Assembly: GCA_964397485.1 (NCBI GenBank)
Contig: CAYNHT010000002.1
Location: forward strand, 158,061-222,060
Direction of reading: 5' to 3'
Length of the DNA stretch: 64,000 nucleotides
From: an uncultured Muribaculaceae bacterium
GTDB taxonomy: Bacteria; Bacillota_I; Bacilli_A; RF39; UBA660
This document shows positions 29,927-38,913 of this stretch, piece after piece; position 1 is the first letter of the stretch, and each line of letters opens with the position of its first letter. The notes beneath the pieces were generated by a model that was not told where the DNA came from, did no database searches, and saw only the letters and a program-made list of their open reading frames with translations. A program made the translations under genes and the position numbers.

Positions 29927-30014
29927 CAATGTAATTATCGGTTTTATTTTGAGGGACACATTCAAAATAAAAGATAAACAAAGCAATCTGTTTGTAAGAA
30001 AATGACGGAATTTG

Positions 30015-30043
30015 TTGACTTAAATTAATTACTATACTATAAT
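30015..30043 (+). promoter_or_regulatory. Consensus SigA promoter
   Basis: TTGACT (30015-30020), 17-nt spacer, TATAAT (30038-30043). About 170 nt upstream of ATG 30213. Confidence 0.65.
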
Positions 30044-30212
30044 TGTACTATAGTACGATTTGTTATGAATATGCAGTATCTTTCATAACTGACTTAATTT
30101 TAAGTTTGTATAAGATGCTGCCTTTTTTGTATAACCTTCACAAAGCATCTTTTATAATTGTCTATTGTTGTATGTATACATAGTGGAATTAATAAAAGAT
30201 GGGTGGTGAATT

Positions 30213-30539
30213 ATGAAAAAAAAGATCGGATTTGCAGGATTTTCTTTGCTTATAACCTTTGTAACTGCTATCACAGTTATGGCTGGATATAATTTTGGTC
30301 CAGATAATATTTTTCATCTGGAAGCTTCGGCAGGAATAAGTTGGAAAGGTCTATGGGTTGAGGGAAAAATGTCAAATGCGAAGTTAGAAGCAATTGAGTA
30401 TTCTAAACGTGTTTATGCTCGTTCTGGTGCAACGGGGACTTATTCGAGTTGGGCTGAACCTTCAATTGATCCAGTGACTCATCGTAATTATGGTTCTTTT
30501 GATAACGATTACGCAGAGGTTAGGGGAGAATGGAAATAA
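30213..30539 (+). CDS. Small Sec-secreted protein; candidate lactococcin-972-type bacteriocin
   Basis: 108 aa. Signal peptide MKKKIGFAGFSLLITFVTAITVMA|G, then a ~83-aa mature Trp/Tyr/Gly-rich product. It is the first gene of a 3-gene cassette whose partners match lactococcin-972 loci. Confidence 0.5.
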   Translation: MKKKIGFAGFSLLITFVTAITVMAGYNFGPDNIFHLEASAGISWKGLWVEGKMSNAKLEAIEYSKRVYARSGATGTYSSWAEPSIDPVTHRNYGSFDNDYAEVRGEWK

Positions 30540-30551
30540 AGACTTTCACAT

Positions 30552-30576
30552 AAACAGAGAATATTCTTCTCTGTTT
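30552..30576 (+). promoter_or_regulatory. Intercistronic hairpin (attenuating terminator or processing site)
   Basis: Perfect 10-bp stem aaacagagaa/ttctctgttt, loop tattc, followed by aattatttt. It lies between the small gene and the membrane-protein gene. Confidence 0.6.
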
Positions 30577-30600
30577 AATTATTTTGGAGGTAAATAATAT

Positions 30601-32775
30601 ATGAAAAAAATCACTACAATTATTCCTATTATAACTATATTAGTTGCAATTGTATTATCGATATTTTTCTTAGACTTTAATCAATCAAAGAGATATTTAC
30701 AGTTTAATTCATATAAAAAGGAATTTATAGCAATTAATTATAATGAAGATAGAACGCTTGACAGTCTCGTGATTGATAAGATTTTACAACTTGCAGAAGA
30801 TAATGGGGTAATAATCCAGAAAATGAATTTTTCTCATAATCAACCGGATGTTAGAAATATATATATATCATTTGAGACAACTGAAGAATTATATAAATTT
30901 ATCGGTGAAAATCTTCGGCTAAAGAGACTTAATGATTATACAAATAAAAATGATGGTTTTATATCAACTTATCAGCATAATGATAAAAATCAAATTGCAA
31001 TAATTCCTGATTTAATGGAGAATAATTATTACAATTATTATACATTTGATAAACTACTATCTGATGGTGATAATCTATATGGGGAATATATTGTTTATTA
31101 CAAAGGAAATAATGATTTTGCCAAGTTTTCGAGTGACGTTAGCGAATTGTTGGGGCAAGATATTAGTTCCAATTCACACTTCAATGACCTCACAAAATAT
31201 ACAATTATAGCACTGTTAATTAGTGTTTCTATTATGTTACTATTTTATTTTATTTTTCAAATATATGATACTTATTATAAATCTCAAAAAATAGGCTGTA
31301 TGAAATTACTAGGTTATAGTGAGTCTAAAATTACCAGTTTGTTGATAAAAAAAAGAATAAAAATATATTTTTTATTCTCATTGTTCACATTATTGATTTT
31401 ATTAATTTTAATTAAAAATATAACCTTTTCAAATCTTATATTTCTATTTAATGTCAACTTTATATTAATATTATTAACTATTATAATAAATTATGTATGT
31501 GTAAAAATAATATTTGGTGGTTATAATGTTTCAAATATATTAAAAAAACAAAACATAGCTTTAAAAATAAGTAAAACTAGTTTAAAATTAAAGGTTGTAA
31601 CTACAGTATTATTCATAATAACCTTATGTATATCTTTTCAACAACTGTCACCTATCTATTCTGAGCTAAAAGTTTATAGGGATGCGAAAGAATTGTTACA
31701 ATATGGTGTGATAGCTACCTTCAATGCTGATGCTAAGGAAATATATGATTATGAAAAACATTCTGAATTATATAAATTGATTGCAAGGAATCCTGAACTA
31801 AATACATTTTATTCTAGTTTTGATAATTATGGTGTTATGAATGAGGAGGAACAAAGAAATAGTAATTTACTTGAGGAACAAGGAACCTATTTTAGATATG
31901 GATCAATTGATAAAAACTACTTAAAAAAGGAAAGTATAGTTGTGTATGATGTAAATAATCATCTGGTTGATATAGATAAAATAAATAGCACATTCTTTTT
32001 ATTTCCTAAAAGCAAATATGGAAAAATAGAAAAATTTGAAGAATTTTATAAAAAACGTAGTGCTGATGATTATATAAAATATAATATTGAAAATGATTTT
32101 GTAGCTTATATTTATGATGATCAAACTATAAATTCATATAGATTAGATTTAAAAACCAAATATGTGAGTAGCCCTATTTTAAGGGTTATTGACGAAGCCG
32201 TTAGACTATCATATATAGAAACACCACTTGGTATAAATACATTTGGAACATCGCTTGGAACAAGCTTAAAAATAGAAATTAAGAATAACAAAAAAGAAAC
32301 ATTCGAAATTTTAGAAAAAGATATAGAAAAAGCGGGTTTGAAAAATCTGATTGGATTAGATAATTTTATATCTTTTTCAGATTATTTTGAGAGCGAAATA
32401 AGACTTTCAAGAATAGTTTCTTTTGTAGCTCTAACATTAATCTCAATTATTTTCGGTGTTTACTTAATAATCTCCATGCAAATAATCTCTCTCTATATAA
32501 AAAGTGATAAGCAAAGGGTAAATGTTAAATATTTATTAGGTTATGGAAAGAAAAAAATATTTTCTATTATTGTAAATAAAAATGCAATGTATAATGTAAT
32601 TGCATTTATCATAGCTATCGTTATACTTGTTCTGACTGAACAGTTAAATATTTTATTTTATTTGATATCGATATCTGCTTTTGCTGTTATTGATTTGATT
32701 GTTTTGTTTACTATAATTAGAACATATGATTTTTCGAAAATGTATCTTCAACTAAAAGGAGGGAATTATGATTGA
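30601..32775 (+). CDS. Bacteriocin-associated 7TM / FtsX-like integral membrane protein (putative immunity-export component)
   Basis: 724 aa: an N-terminal TM helix, a large extracytoplasmic loop, a TM cluster, a second large loop and a C-terminal TM cluster. Size and topology match the family found next to lactococcin-972 genes (TIGR01654, from memory). Confidence 0.65.
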   Translation: MKKITTIIPIITILVAIVLSIFFLDFNQSKRYLQFNSYKKEFIAINYNEDRTLDSLVIDKILQLAEDNGVIIQKMNFSHNQPDVRNIYISFETTEELYKFIGENLRLKRLNDYTNKNDGFISTYQHNDKNQIAIIPDLMENNYYNYYTFDKLLSDGDNLYGEYIVYYKGNNDFAKFSSDVSELLGQDISSNSHFNDLTKYTIIALLISVSIMLLFYFIFQIYDTYYKSQKIGCMKLLGYSESKITSLLIKKRIKIYFLFSLFTLLILLILIKNITFSNLIFLFNVNFILILLTIIINYVCVKIIFGGYNVSNILKKQNIALKISKTSLKLKVVTTVLFIITLCISFQQLSPIYSELKVYRDAKELLQYGVIATFNADAKEIYDYEKHSELYKLIARNPELNTFYSSFDNYGVMNEEEQRNSNLLEEQGTYFRYGSIDKNYLKKESIVVYDVNNHLVDIDKINSTFFLFPKSKYGKIEKFEEFYKKRSADDYIKYNIENDFVAYIYDDQTINSYRLDLKTKYVSSPILRVIDEAVRLSYIETPLGINTFGTSLGTSLKIEIKNNKKETFEILEKDIEKAGLKNLIGLDNFISFSDYFESEIRLSRIVSFVALTLISIIFGVYLIISMQIISLYIKSDKQRVNVKYLLGYGKKKIFSIIVNKNAMYNVIAFIIAIVILVLTEQLNILFYLISISAFAVIDLIVLFTIIRTYDFSKMYLQLKGGNYD

Positions 32776-33397
32776 AATCAATGGATTGAACAAATCTTAT
32801 GGTGAGAAGGAAATCTTTAAAAAATTTAATTACAAAATAAATGATGCAACACTGTTGGCTATTGTTGGTAAGAGTGGAAGTGGTAAATCAACTTTGTTAA
32901 ATATTCTAGGATTATTAGATCGTGATTATCACGGTGATATATTATATAATGGCGAGAATATCGCAAAAAGAAAAGAGTCTAAAGTGACAGAGTTCATTAG
33001 ACAAAATATAAATTATTTATTTCAAAATTATGCACTAGTAGATAATGAAACGGTCGAATATAATCTCCTTCTTGCACTAGAATACGAAAAAATGTCCAAG
33101 AAAGAAAAAATTTCTAAAGTAAGTAATGCATTAAAGTTAGTAGATTTAAATGAATTTAATAATAAAAAAATTTACACGTTAAGTGGTGGTGAGCAACAGA
33201 GGGTAGCTTTAGCAAGGATTATACTAAAAAAGGGGAATATTATATTGGCTGATGAACCAACTGGGAATTTGGATTATAACAATAGCTTGAAAGTAATGAA
33301 TATACTAAAGAATTTACAACAGCAAGGAAAAACTATTGTAATTGTAACACATAATGAGAATCTTGCTTTGGAATGTGATGAAATAATTCGTTTGTAG
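32768..33397 (+). CDS. ABC transporter ATP-binding protein (MacB/LolD-like, bacteriocin-export group)
   Basis: GKSGSGKST, LSGGEQQR and IILADEPT motifs; overlaps the upstream gene by 8 nt. Confidence 0.9.
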   Translation: MIEINGLNKSYGEKEIFKKFNYKINDATLLAIVGKSGSGKSTLLNILGLLDRDYHGDILYNGENIAKRKESKVTEFIRQNINYLFQNYALVDNETVEYNLLLALEYEKMSKKEKISKVSNALKLVDLNEFNNKKIYTLSGGEQQRVALARIILKKGNIILADEPTGNLDYNNSLKVMNILKNLQQQGKTIVIVTHNENLALECDEIIRL

Positions 33398-33520
33398 TAA
33401 AAGTAATTTTGTTTTATGTTATTAGGTAAAATCGTTTGATGTCTAGATAGGTTATAAAATATTACTTATATGACAAAAATAATGTTATACTATATTTATA
33501 AAAAGATAGGAGGATAAACA

Positions 33521-33871
33521 ATGAAGGATACAAAAATTTTAAAAATGCCTTTTAGTACCATATATCCTTTTTATGTTGAAAAAGCTAATAAAAAAGGACG
33601 AACTAAAGAAGAAGTAGATAAAATAATATGTTGGTTAACGGGCTATGATATGGAAGCACTTCAATTACAATTGGATCAACATGTTGATTTTGAATCGTTT
33701 TTAAAGAATGCTCCCCAAATCAATCCAAATGCATCTCTTATTAAAGGAGTTATTTGTGGGTATCGTGTAGAAGAGATTGAGGATGAAACAATAAGGAATA
33801 TTCGTTATCTAGATAAGCTTGTTGATGAACTTGCAAAAGGTAAGTCGATGGAAAAAATTCTTAGAAAATAA
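33521..33871 (+). CDS. DUF2200-family protein
   Basis: 116 aa. [33 protein letters not shown]...[23 protein letters not shown] matches my recollection of DUF2200 proteins. Confidence 0.7.
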   Translation: MKDTKILKMPFSTIYPFYVEKANKKGRTKEEVDKIICWLTGYDMEALQLQLDQHVDFESFLKNAPQINPNASLIKGVICGYRVEEIEDETIRNIRYLDKLVDELAKGKSMEKILRK

Positions 33872-34011
33872 TGATTTTACAACATTATATATTGAAAATT
33901 AAACTTGATACTTTAAGTATCAGTTTTTTTATAATAAAAGAATCATCCATAAAAAAATATTATATGTATCAAAAACAAGTTGTATAATATATATTAGGAG
34001 GATATAGAATA

Positions 34012-34323
34012 ATGAGAGAAGTTAATTTACAAAAAATAAGTTTTAAATCGTATTTGAAGTTAAATATGATTAGCGGATTAGGAATGGGTATTTTATTTGG
34101 TATATTTGGATTTATCATCTCATTTATAGATGGTGAATCTGTTTATGTAACAATAGGTGAAAAAACCACTACCGGAATAAGGGCGGGTCTATCAATGTTA
34201 TTATTATCTCCAATAATGGTGTCTTTTATATTTACTTTCTTTTCAATATTTTTATATTTAGGTTTTCGCCTTATAATGAAGTTTAAAAAATCAATTAAAA
34301 TTAAAGTTCAAACAATAGAATAA
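34012..34323 (+). CDS. Small membrane protein, unknown function
   Basis: 103 aa with two long hydrophobic segments; SD aggagga upstream. Confidence 0.55.
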   Translation: MREVNLQKISFKSYLKLNMISGLGMGILFGIFGFIISFIDGESVYVTIGEKTTTGIRAGLSMLLLSPIMVSFIFTFFSIFLYLGFRLIMKFKKSIKIKVQTIE

Positions 34324-34352
34324 TAAAAAAAAGAGTTTTGACTCTCTTTTTA

Positions 34353-34775
34353 TTATCTTGAACGACTTACATTGATTTTGTAATCATCTAAATATTCGTT
34401 TAAATATGTATTAGCATACTGATCAATTGAAGAGTACAACTTATCATAAGTTGTTTTCTTACTGCCATTATACATAATTGTTGCTTTAGCCATATCTGAG
34501 AATGCATCAGCAGATAATTTAAGATTAGATGCTGCAAATTGAATAGGCATTTTTTTAAGTACTTCATCTTGAATATTTAATGATTCACAAAGTGTAATTC
34601 TTACACCTTCTGAATTAATACTCATATTAGCGTCACTAACTGCTGGTGCAAAAGTGGTCGCAACTGAGACAAGTGAAGCTTTTTTTAATTCATCCAATTC
34701 CCCTTCAACTTCGAATGTAGTCTTTAACATCTGTTCTAATTGTTTTTGATACATTTGTTTTTCGTTTAAATTCAT
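34353..34775 (-). CDS. Hypothetical protein
   Basis: 140-aa ORF with SD ggaggt upstream (minus strand). No family recognised. It is divergent from the LytTR gene. Confidence 0.55.
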   Translation of the reverse strand: MNLNEKQMYQKQLEQMLKTTFEVEGELDELKKASLVSVATTFAPAVSDANMSINSEGVRITLCESLNIQDEVLKKMPIQFAASNLKLSADAFSDMAKATIMYNGSKKTTYDKLYSSIDQYANTYLNEYLDDYKINVSRSR

Positions 34776-34879
34776 AATTTAACCTCCAATTAAATTTTAG
34801 CACAAAACCTGCTACTGCACAAATAAAACCTTTAATCATTTACGTTATTTTACAAATCAATAAAATAATATTTATATGA

Positions 34880-34924
34880 AATTTTACCACTTACATGAAA
34901 AAAATTACTTCTTGTGGTAAAATT
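34880..34924 (+). promoter_or_regulatory. Repeat element upstream of the LytTR gene (candidate regulator-binding site)
   Basis: An 11-bp perfect inverted repeat aattttaccac (34880-34890) / gtggtaaaatt (34914-34924). The same DNA reads as two degenerate direct repeats AAnnTTACnnCTT 21 bp apart (34880, 34901). TATAAT at 34948-34953 has no good -35. Confidence 0.4.
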
Positions 34925-34974
34925 AGGGATTTTTTTAAAAATCATAGTATAATTATTGATGTAGGGGATGTTAT

Positions 34975-35421
34975 ATGAAGATTATTGTAGATATTGATAA
35001 AACCATCAAACCAGATGAAATAATAATTCGATGTAAAGAAGAAAATGATTTAGTAAGAAAAATAAAAGAATATGGTGATTGTTTAAATAATGTAAATCTT
35101 TGTTTTTATAAACGAGAACAAGAATATTATTTTGACATAAACGAAATCCTTTTTTTTGAAACATATGATTGTGGTATTAGTGCACACACTGCCAATGATT
35201 TATATTATGTTAGGCATAAACTATATGAACTTGAAAAATTATTGCCTAAAAATTTTATTAGAATATCTAAATCTACAATTGTAAATGTTAAACATATATA
35301 TTCAATTAACAAAAATATTGCATCTTCTAGTGAAATAGAATTTGGTAAATCTCATAAAAAAGTATTTGTTTCTAGATTTTATTTCAAAAATTTAAAAGAG
35401 AGATTAAAGGAGAGAAGTTAA
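34975..35421 (+). CDS. LytTR-domain DNA-binding protein without receiver domain
   Basis: 148 aa with a C-terminal LytTR fold signature (ILFFETYDCGISAHTANDLYYVRHKLYELEKLLPKNFIRISKSTIVNVKHI). Confidence 0.8.
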   Translation: MKIIVDIDKTIKPDEIIIRCKEENDLVRKIKEYGDCLNNVNLCFYKREQEYYFDINEILFFETYDCGISAHTANDLYYVRHKLYELEKLLPKNFIRISKSTIVNVKHIYSINKNIASSSEIEFGKSHKKVFVSRFYFKNLKERLKERS

Positions 35422-36102
35422 ATGAAAAAAGTATTTTGGGGTCTATTTTTTATAGTTGCTGCCGTATTTGTTATAATTAATCAATTAGGTTATTATACTG
35501 ATGTAAATTTATTTACCCTTTTATGTACTATACTAATTATTCCAATATTATTAAAAAGTTTGTACAAAATTAATTTTACTGGGATTTTCTTTTCAATAGC
35601 ATTTTTATGTATTTTGTATAGGGAACCACTGAATTTAGAAAGTATTACACCAATACCAGTATTATTGGCAGCTTTATTTTTCAGTATTGGTTTTTCAATA
35701 ATGTTTGATAAACATAGGTTATTTAGAAGATATAATTGTAATTTTGATCAAGTAATAAATGAGGCTGATTTGGATTCAGTTGATTTAAATGTAAACTTTG
35801 GTTCTAGTATAAAATATGTTAATAGTGAAGATTTTAAATCTGCTAATTTAAGATGTTCTTTTGGAGCTATGGAAGTATACTTTGATAATGCTAAAATAAT
35901 TGGTGATAGTGCAATTATAAATTTAGACGTTTCTTTTGGTGGAGTAGAGTTATATATCCCAAAGGAATGGAAAATTATAGAAAATGTAGATGTTACTTTA
36001 GGTGGTATTGAGCAAAAAAGAACTAAAAAACAGGATTATGAAAAAACAGTTACTTTAACAGGGAGAGTAAACTTAGCCGGAGTTGAAATACACTATATTT
36101 AA
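35422..36102 (+). CDS. Membrane protein with LiaF-like (DUF2154-type) C-terminal domain
   Basis: Starts 1 nt after the LytTR stop. Four N-terminal TM helices, then a beta-rich repeat region (VDLNVNFGS...LDVSFGGVELYIPKEW...VDVTLGGIE...VNLAGVEIHYI). Confidence 0.7.
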   Translation: MKKVFWGLFFIVAAVFVIINQLGYYTDVNLFTLLCTILIIPILLKSLYKINFTGIFFSIAFLCILYREPLNLESITPIPVLLAALFFSIGFSIMFDKHRLFRRYNCNFDQVINEADLDSVDLNVNFGSSIKYVNSEDFKSANLRCSFGAMEVYFDNAKIIGDSAIINLDVSFGGVELYIPKEWKIIENVDVTLGGIEQKRTKKQDYEKTVTLTGRVNLAGVEIHYI

Positions 36103-36195
36103 ATGGGTTATGAAAATAACTCTTTTTTTATATTAAATTTTGTCTATACCTTTTTCCATCTCTGTAACTTAAAAAAAATATATTTAAAAAAACAG

Positions 36196-36224
36196 TTGAC
36201 AATTAAATAGTTTTATAATAAAAT
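36196..36224 (+). promoter_or_regulatory. SigA-type promoter of the marR-MATE-HD operon with overlapping repeats
   Basis: TTGACA (36196-36201), 17-nt spacer, TAAAAT (36219-36224). AAATAGTTT occurs twice (36205-36213, 36221-36229) around the palindrome ttttat-a-ataaaa. Confidence 0.5.
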
Positions 36225-36283
36225 AGTTTGAGTGCCAAATCAATATGTGGAAAAAATTTGTGTTTAGAAAGAGAGGATAATGT

Positions 36284-36772
36284 ATGAAAGAACAAAACAA
36301 ACAAAATATTTCAACGGCCTTGCTAGCAAATAAGGTTAATATTTTAACGAAATCTATGTCATTATTTACACGTAGAACAATAATGGAATGGCTTCCAAAT
36401 ATAGCAGAAAAAATAGGAATAAATGAAGAAAGATTCATGGTAATGTACGAACTACAACTTCAACCTGATATTAGTTTAAAAGAACTTGCGAAAAACATGG
36501 GAGTATCACCGTCTAGTATGTCAATAATGGTAAATTCAATGGTTGAACAAAATATAATAGAAAGAATTGCTGATGAAAATGATAGAAGATATGTGGTGTT
36601 GAAACTCAGTGAATTTGGACAACAAAAATTCAAAATGATTGATCAACAGTTAGAATCATTGTTTGAAAATTTCTTTGTTCATCTATCTGAAATTGACAAA
36701 CACAAAATGGAAGAAGTTGTAGTTAAAATAATAGATATTATTCAAGAGATTATGCGAAACGAGAGTAAGTAA
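36284..36772 (+). CDS. MarR-family transcriptional regulator
   Basis: 162 aa with a winged-HTH region (ISLKELAKNMGVSPSSMSIMVNSMVEQNIIERIADENDRRYVVLKLSEFG). Confidence 0.85.
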   Translation: MKEQNKQNISTALLANKVNILTKSMSLFTRRTIMEWLPNIAEKIGINEERFMVMYELQLQPDISLKELAKNMGVSPSSMSIMVNSMVEQNIIERIADENDRRYVVLKLSEFGQQKFKMIDQQLESLFENFFVHLSEIDKHKMEEVVVKIIDIIQEIMRNESK

Positions 36773-36803
36773 AAAGCCAAGAATATTTTAGGAGTGAATT
36801 AAA

Positions 36804-38177
36804 GTGTTAGAAAAAAATGTAGAAATATTAAATGAGACTAGAGAGAAATTTTTAAAAATGCCATTAGGAAAGTTAATAGCAGCAAACGCTATGCCTGCCG
36901 TAGCATCAATGCTTTTTATGGCATTATATCAAATAATAGATGGAATTATGGTTGGGAGACGTTTAGGAGCGGATGCCCTTGCTTCTATAAATGTATTGTA
37001 TCCAATTTTTGCACTTATGTCAGGTATAGCAGTAATGATAGGGATAGGTGGAAATGCTAGAATAGCAGTATTGTTGGGTGCTGGCGACGATAAGAAGGCA
37101 AGTCGGATTTTAGGATTAATAGTATTAATAGGCGTTATTATAGGTATTTTATTCGGATCACTAAATCTAATTTTTATGCCTCAAATATTAAATTTACTAG
37201 GAAGTTTCGAGGGGAATCTTGGGGTTCTTGCCGGGCAATATCTAATGGGGTTTATTCCTTTTTATGTATTTCTTATACTAATGTTTATTTTAGAACAGTC
37301 TGTTCGAAATGATGGTAGTCCAAATTTAGCTAGTGGAGTCATGGCAGGTTGTGCATTACTCAATATTGCACTAGACTATATCTTTTTATTTGTTCTAGAT
37401 ATAGGAATAATAGGCGCTTCTTTAGCTTCAGGAATATCCCAAACTGTGGGAGGTTTAATTTTTGTTATTTATTTTATAAAGAAATCAAAAAATAAAAAAT
37501 CGGGATTATTATTTGCCAAACCTATATTAAACATGAATATATTTAAGGGAATCGTTATAAATGGATCATCTGAATTATTTAATTCGATAGCTATAGGAAT
37601 AACAACCTTTCTATTCAATAGAATGATTATAACTAATGTTGGTGCAATTGGAGTAGCTTCTTTTTCGGTAGTGCAATATTTACTTATGATAGGAATGTTT
37701 ATAACATTAGGTATAGGGAATGGGTGCCAACCGATATTTAGTTATAATCATGGTGCAAAATTACGCAAACGTGTTTATGGTACACTTTGGAGAGTTGGTG
37801 CAATATGTTTTATTGTTGGAATCATGGTTTTTGTATTAATGATATGGCAAACAACTGCAGCTGTGCAATTATTCTTGCCTGATCAAGCAGAAGCAATAGC
37901 GCTAAGTTTAGAGATTTCTAATTATGTTAAGTGGTCATTGTTATTTATGCCTTTAGGTATGCTTGCATCAATATATTTCACAGCGATAGAGCAAGCAAAA
38001 AAATCGCTAATTATAGCAGTTTCAAGAAGTTTGGCTATGCCTGTTATCGGATTGTTTTTATTTACTACAGTATTTGGAACTGTTGGTATATGGATTACGC
38101 CTGTCTTTTCCGAATTAATTACTGTTTTAATTTTCTTTTATATATTGCAGAAAAAAAAGGCTAATTTGTATGTATGA
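36804..38177 (+). CDS. MATE-family efflux transporter
   Basis: 457 aa, about 12 TM helices, N-terminal MPAVASMLFMALYQIIDGIMVGR typical of MATE. GTG start 7 nt after SD aggagtg. Confidence 0.88.
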   Translation: MLEKNVEILNETREKFLKMPLGKLIAANAMPAVASMLFMALYQIIDGIMVGRRLGADALASINVLYPIFALMSGIAVMIGIGGNARIAVLLGAGDDKKASRILGLIVLIGVIIGILFGSLNLIFMPQILNLLGSFEGNLGVLAGQYLMGFIPFYVFLILMFILEQSVRNDGSPNLASGVMAGCALLNIALDYIFLFVLDIGIIGASLASGISQTVGGLIFVIYFIKKSKNKKSGLLFAKPILNMNIFKGIVINGSSELFNSIAIGITTFLFNRMIITNVGAIGVASFSVVQYLLMIGMFITLGIGNGCQPIFSYNHGAKLRKRVYGTLWRVGAICFIVGIMVFVLMIWQTTAAVQLFLPDQAEAIALSLEISNYVKWSLLFMPLGMLASIYFTAIEQAKKSLIIAVSRSLAMPVIGLFLFTTVFGTVGIWITPVFSELITVLIFFYILQKKKANLYV

Positions 38178-38835
38178 ACAAATAATAAAAGATCCTATTT
38201 TCATAAATATTATGAATGAAATTGGAAATATTAAGTTTATAGAAGATGGTAAATGGGATTGGGAGCATTCGACAGGTCATGCAATAAGAGTGTCTAGTTA
38301 TGTGGAACAAATTTTAATGTATCTTGGTGAGGATGACAAGACTATCGAAATAGGGAAGGTGGCAGGAATTCTGCACGATATCGGATTGATTAGTGGTGTG
38401 AAAAAAGGACATGCTGTGTATGGTAGTAAACTTGCAAGGGATTATTTAGAGAAATGTTTGTACGATAAACACGATTTAGAAATTATAGTACAAGCGATAT
38501 CTGATCATTCTAGTGGTAAAAATATATGCAATAATATTGGGGTCGCATTGATGTTAGCTGATAAAATTGACGTATCAAGGTATCGAGTTTTGAATTCTAG
38601 CATTAGCGATGAGATAAATAATCAAATCGCTAATATTAAGGATGTTAAAATTATTATAACTGAAAAGAAACTTATTGTTAATTACCTGACCAATGGTATT
38701 TTTGATCCATTAATTCTGAAACATTGGAATAAGAGTATACTAGGACCATTGAAGGCAGCTCGTTATTTAAAAAAAGAATATGTGTTTAAGATAGATGACA
38801 CCATATATGATTACTCAAAAATATTACGAATATAA
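38170..38835 (+). CDS. HD-domain phosphohydrolase
   Basis: HSTGHAIRV...AGILHDIGL (H...HD motif); overlaps the MATE gene end by 8 nt. Confidence 0.75.
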   Translation: MYEQIIKDPIFINIMNEIGNIKFIEDGKWDWEHSTGHAIRVSSYVEQILMYLGEDDKTIEIGKVAGILHDIGLISGVKKGHAVYGSKLARDYLEKCLYDKHDLEIIVQAISDHSSGKNICNNIGVALMLADKIDVSRYRVLNSSISDEINNQIANIKDVKIIITEKKLIVNYLTNGIFDPLILKHWNKSILGPLKAARYLKKEYVFKIDDTIYDYSKILRI

Positions 38836-38842
38836 ATTAACA

Positions 38843-38876
38843 GAAAAACAACTTCGTAAGAGGTTGTTTTCTTATT
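38843..38876 (+). terminator. Intrinsic terminator
   Basis: An ~11-bp stem (38845-38855 with 38860-38870, one G-U), loop gtaa, T-rich tail. Confidence 0.65.
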
Positions 38877-38913
38877 GATGTGATATAATGTATTTATAGA
38901 ATAGAGGGTTAGT

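Noticed and set aside
29941-29975. AT-rich 11-bp hairpin ttttattttga/tcaaaataaaa after the third UPF0316 gene, considered as a terminator.
   Set aside because: The stem is purely A/T and is not followed by a T tract on either strand, so it is too weak to call.
30044-30212. The long leader of the bacteriocin-like operon, considered as a known riboswitch or T-box.
   Set aside because: I could not find a T-box specifier/AGAGA/T-box sequence or any riboswitch core I recognise. It is reported only as an unexplained structured leader.
37931-38164. 77-aa plus-strand ORF inside the MATE gene. Similar internal or antisense ORFs lie in the protease, cohesin and pilin genes (39467-39649, 39731-39946, 41818-42135, 49043-49300, 51157-51480).
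   Set aside because: These are alternative-frame ORFs within long, well-supported coding regions, and their translations are low complexity.
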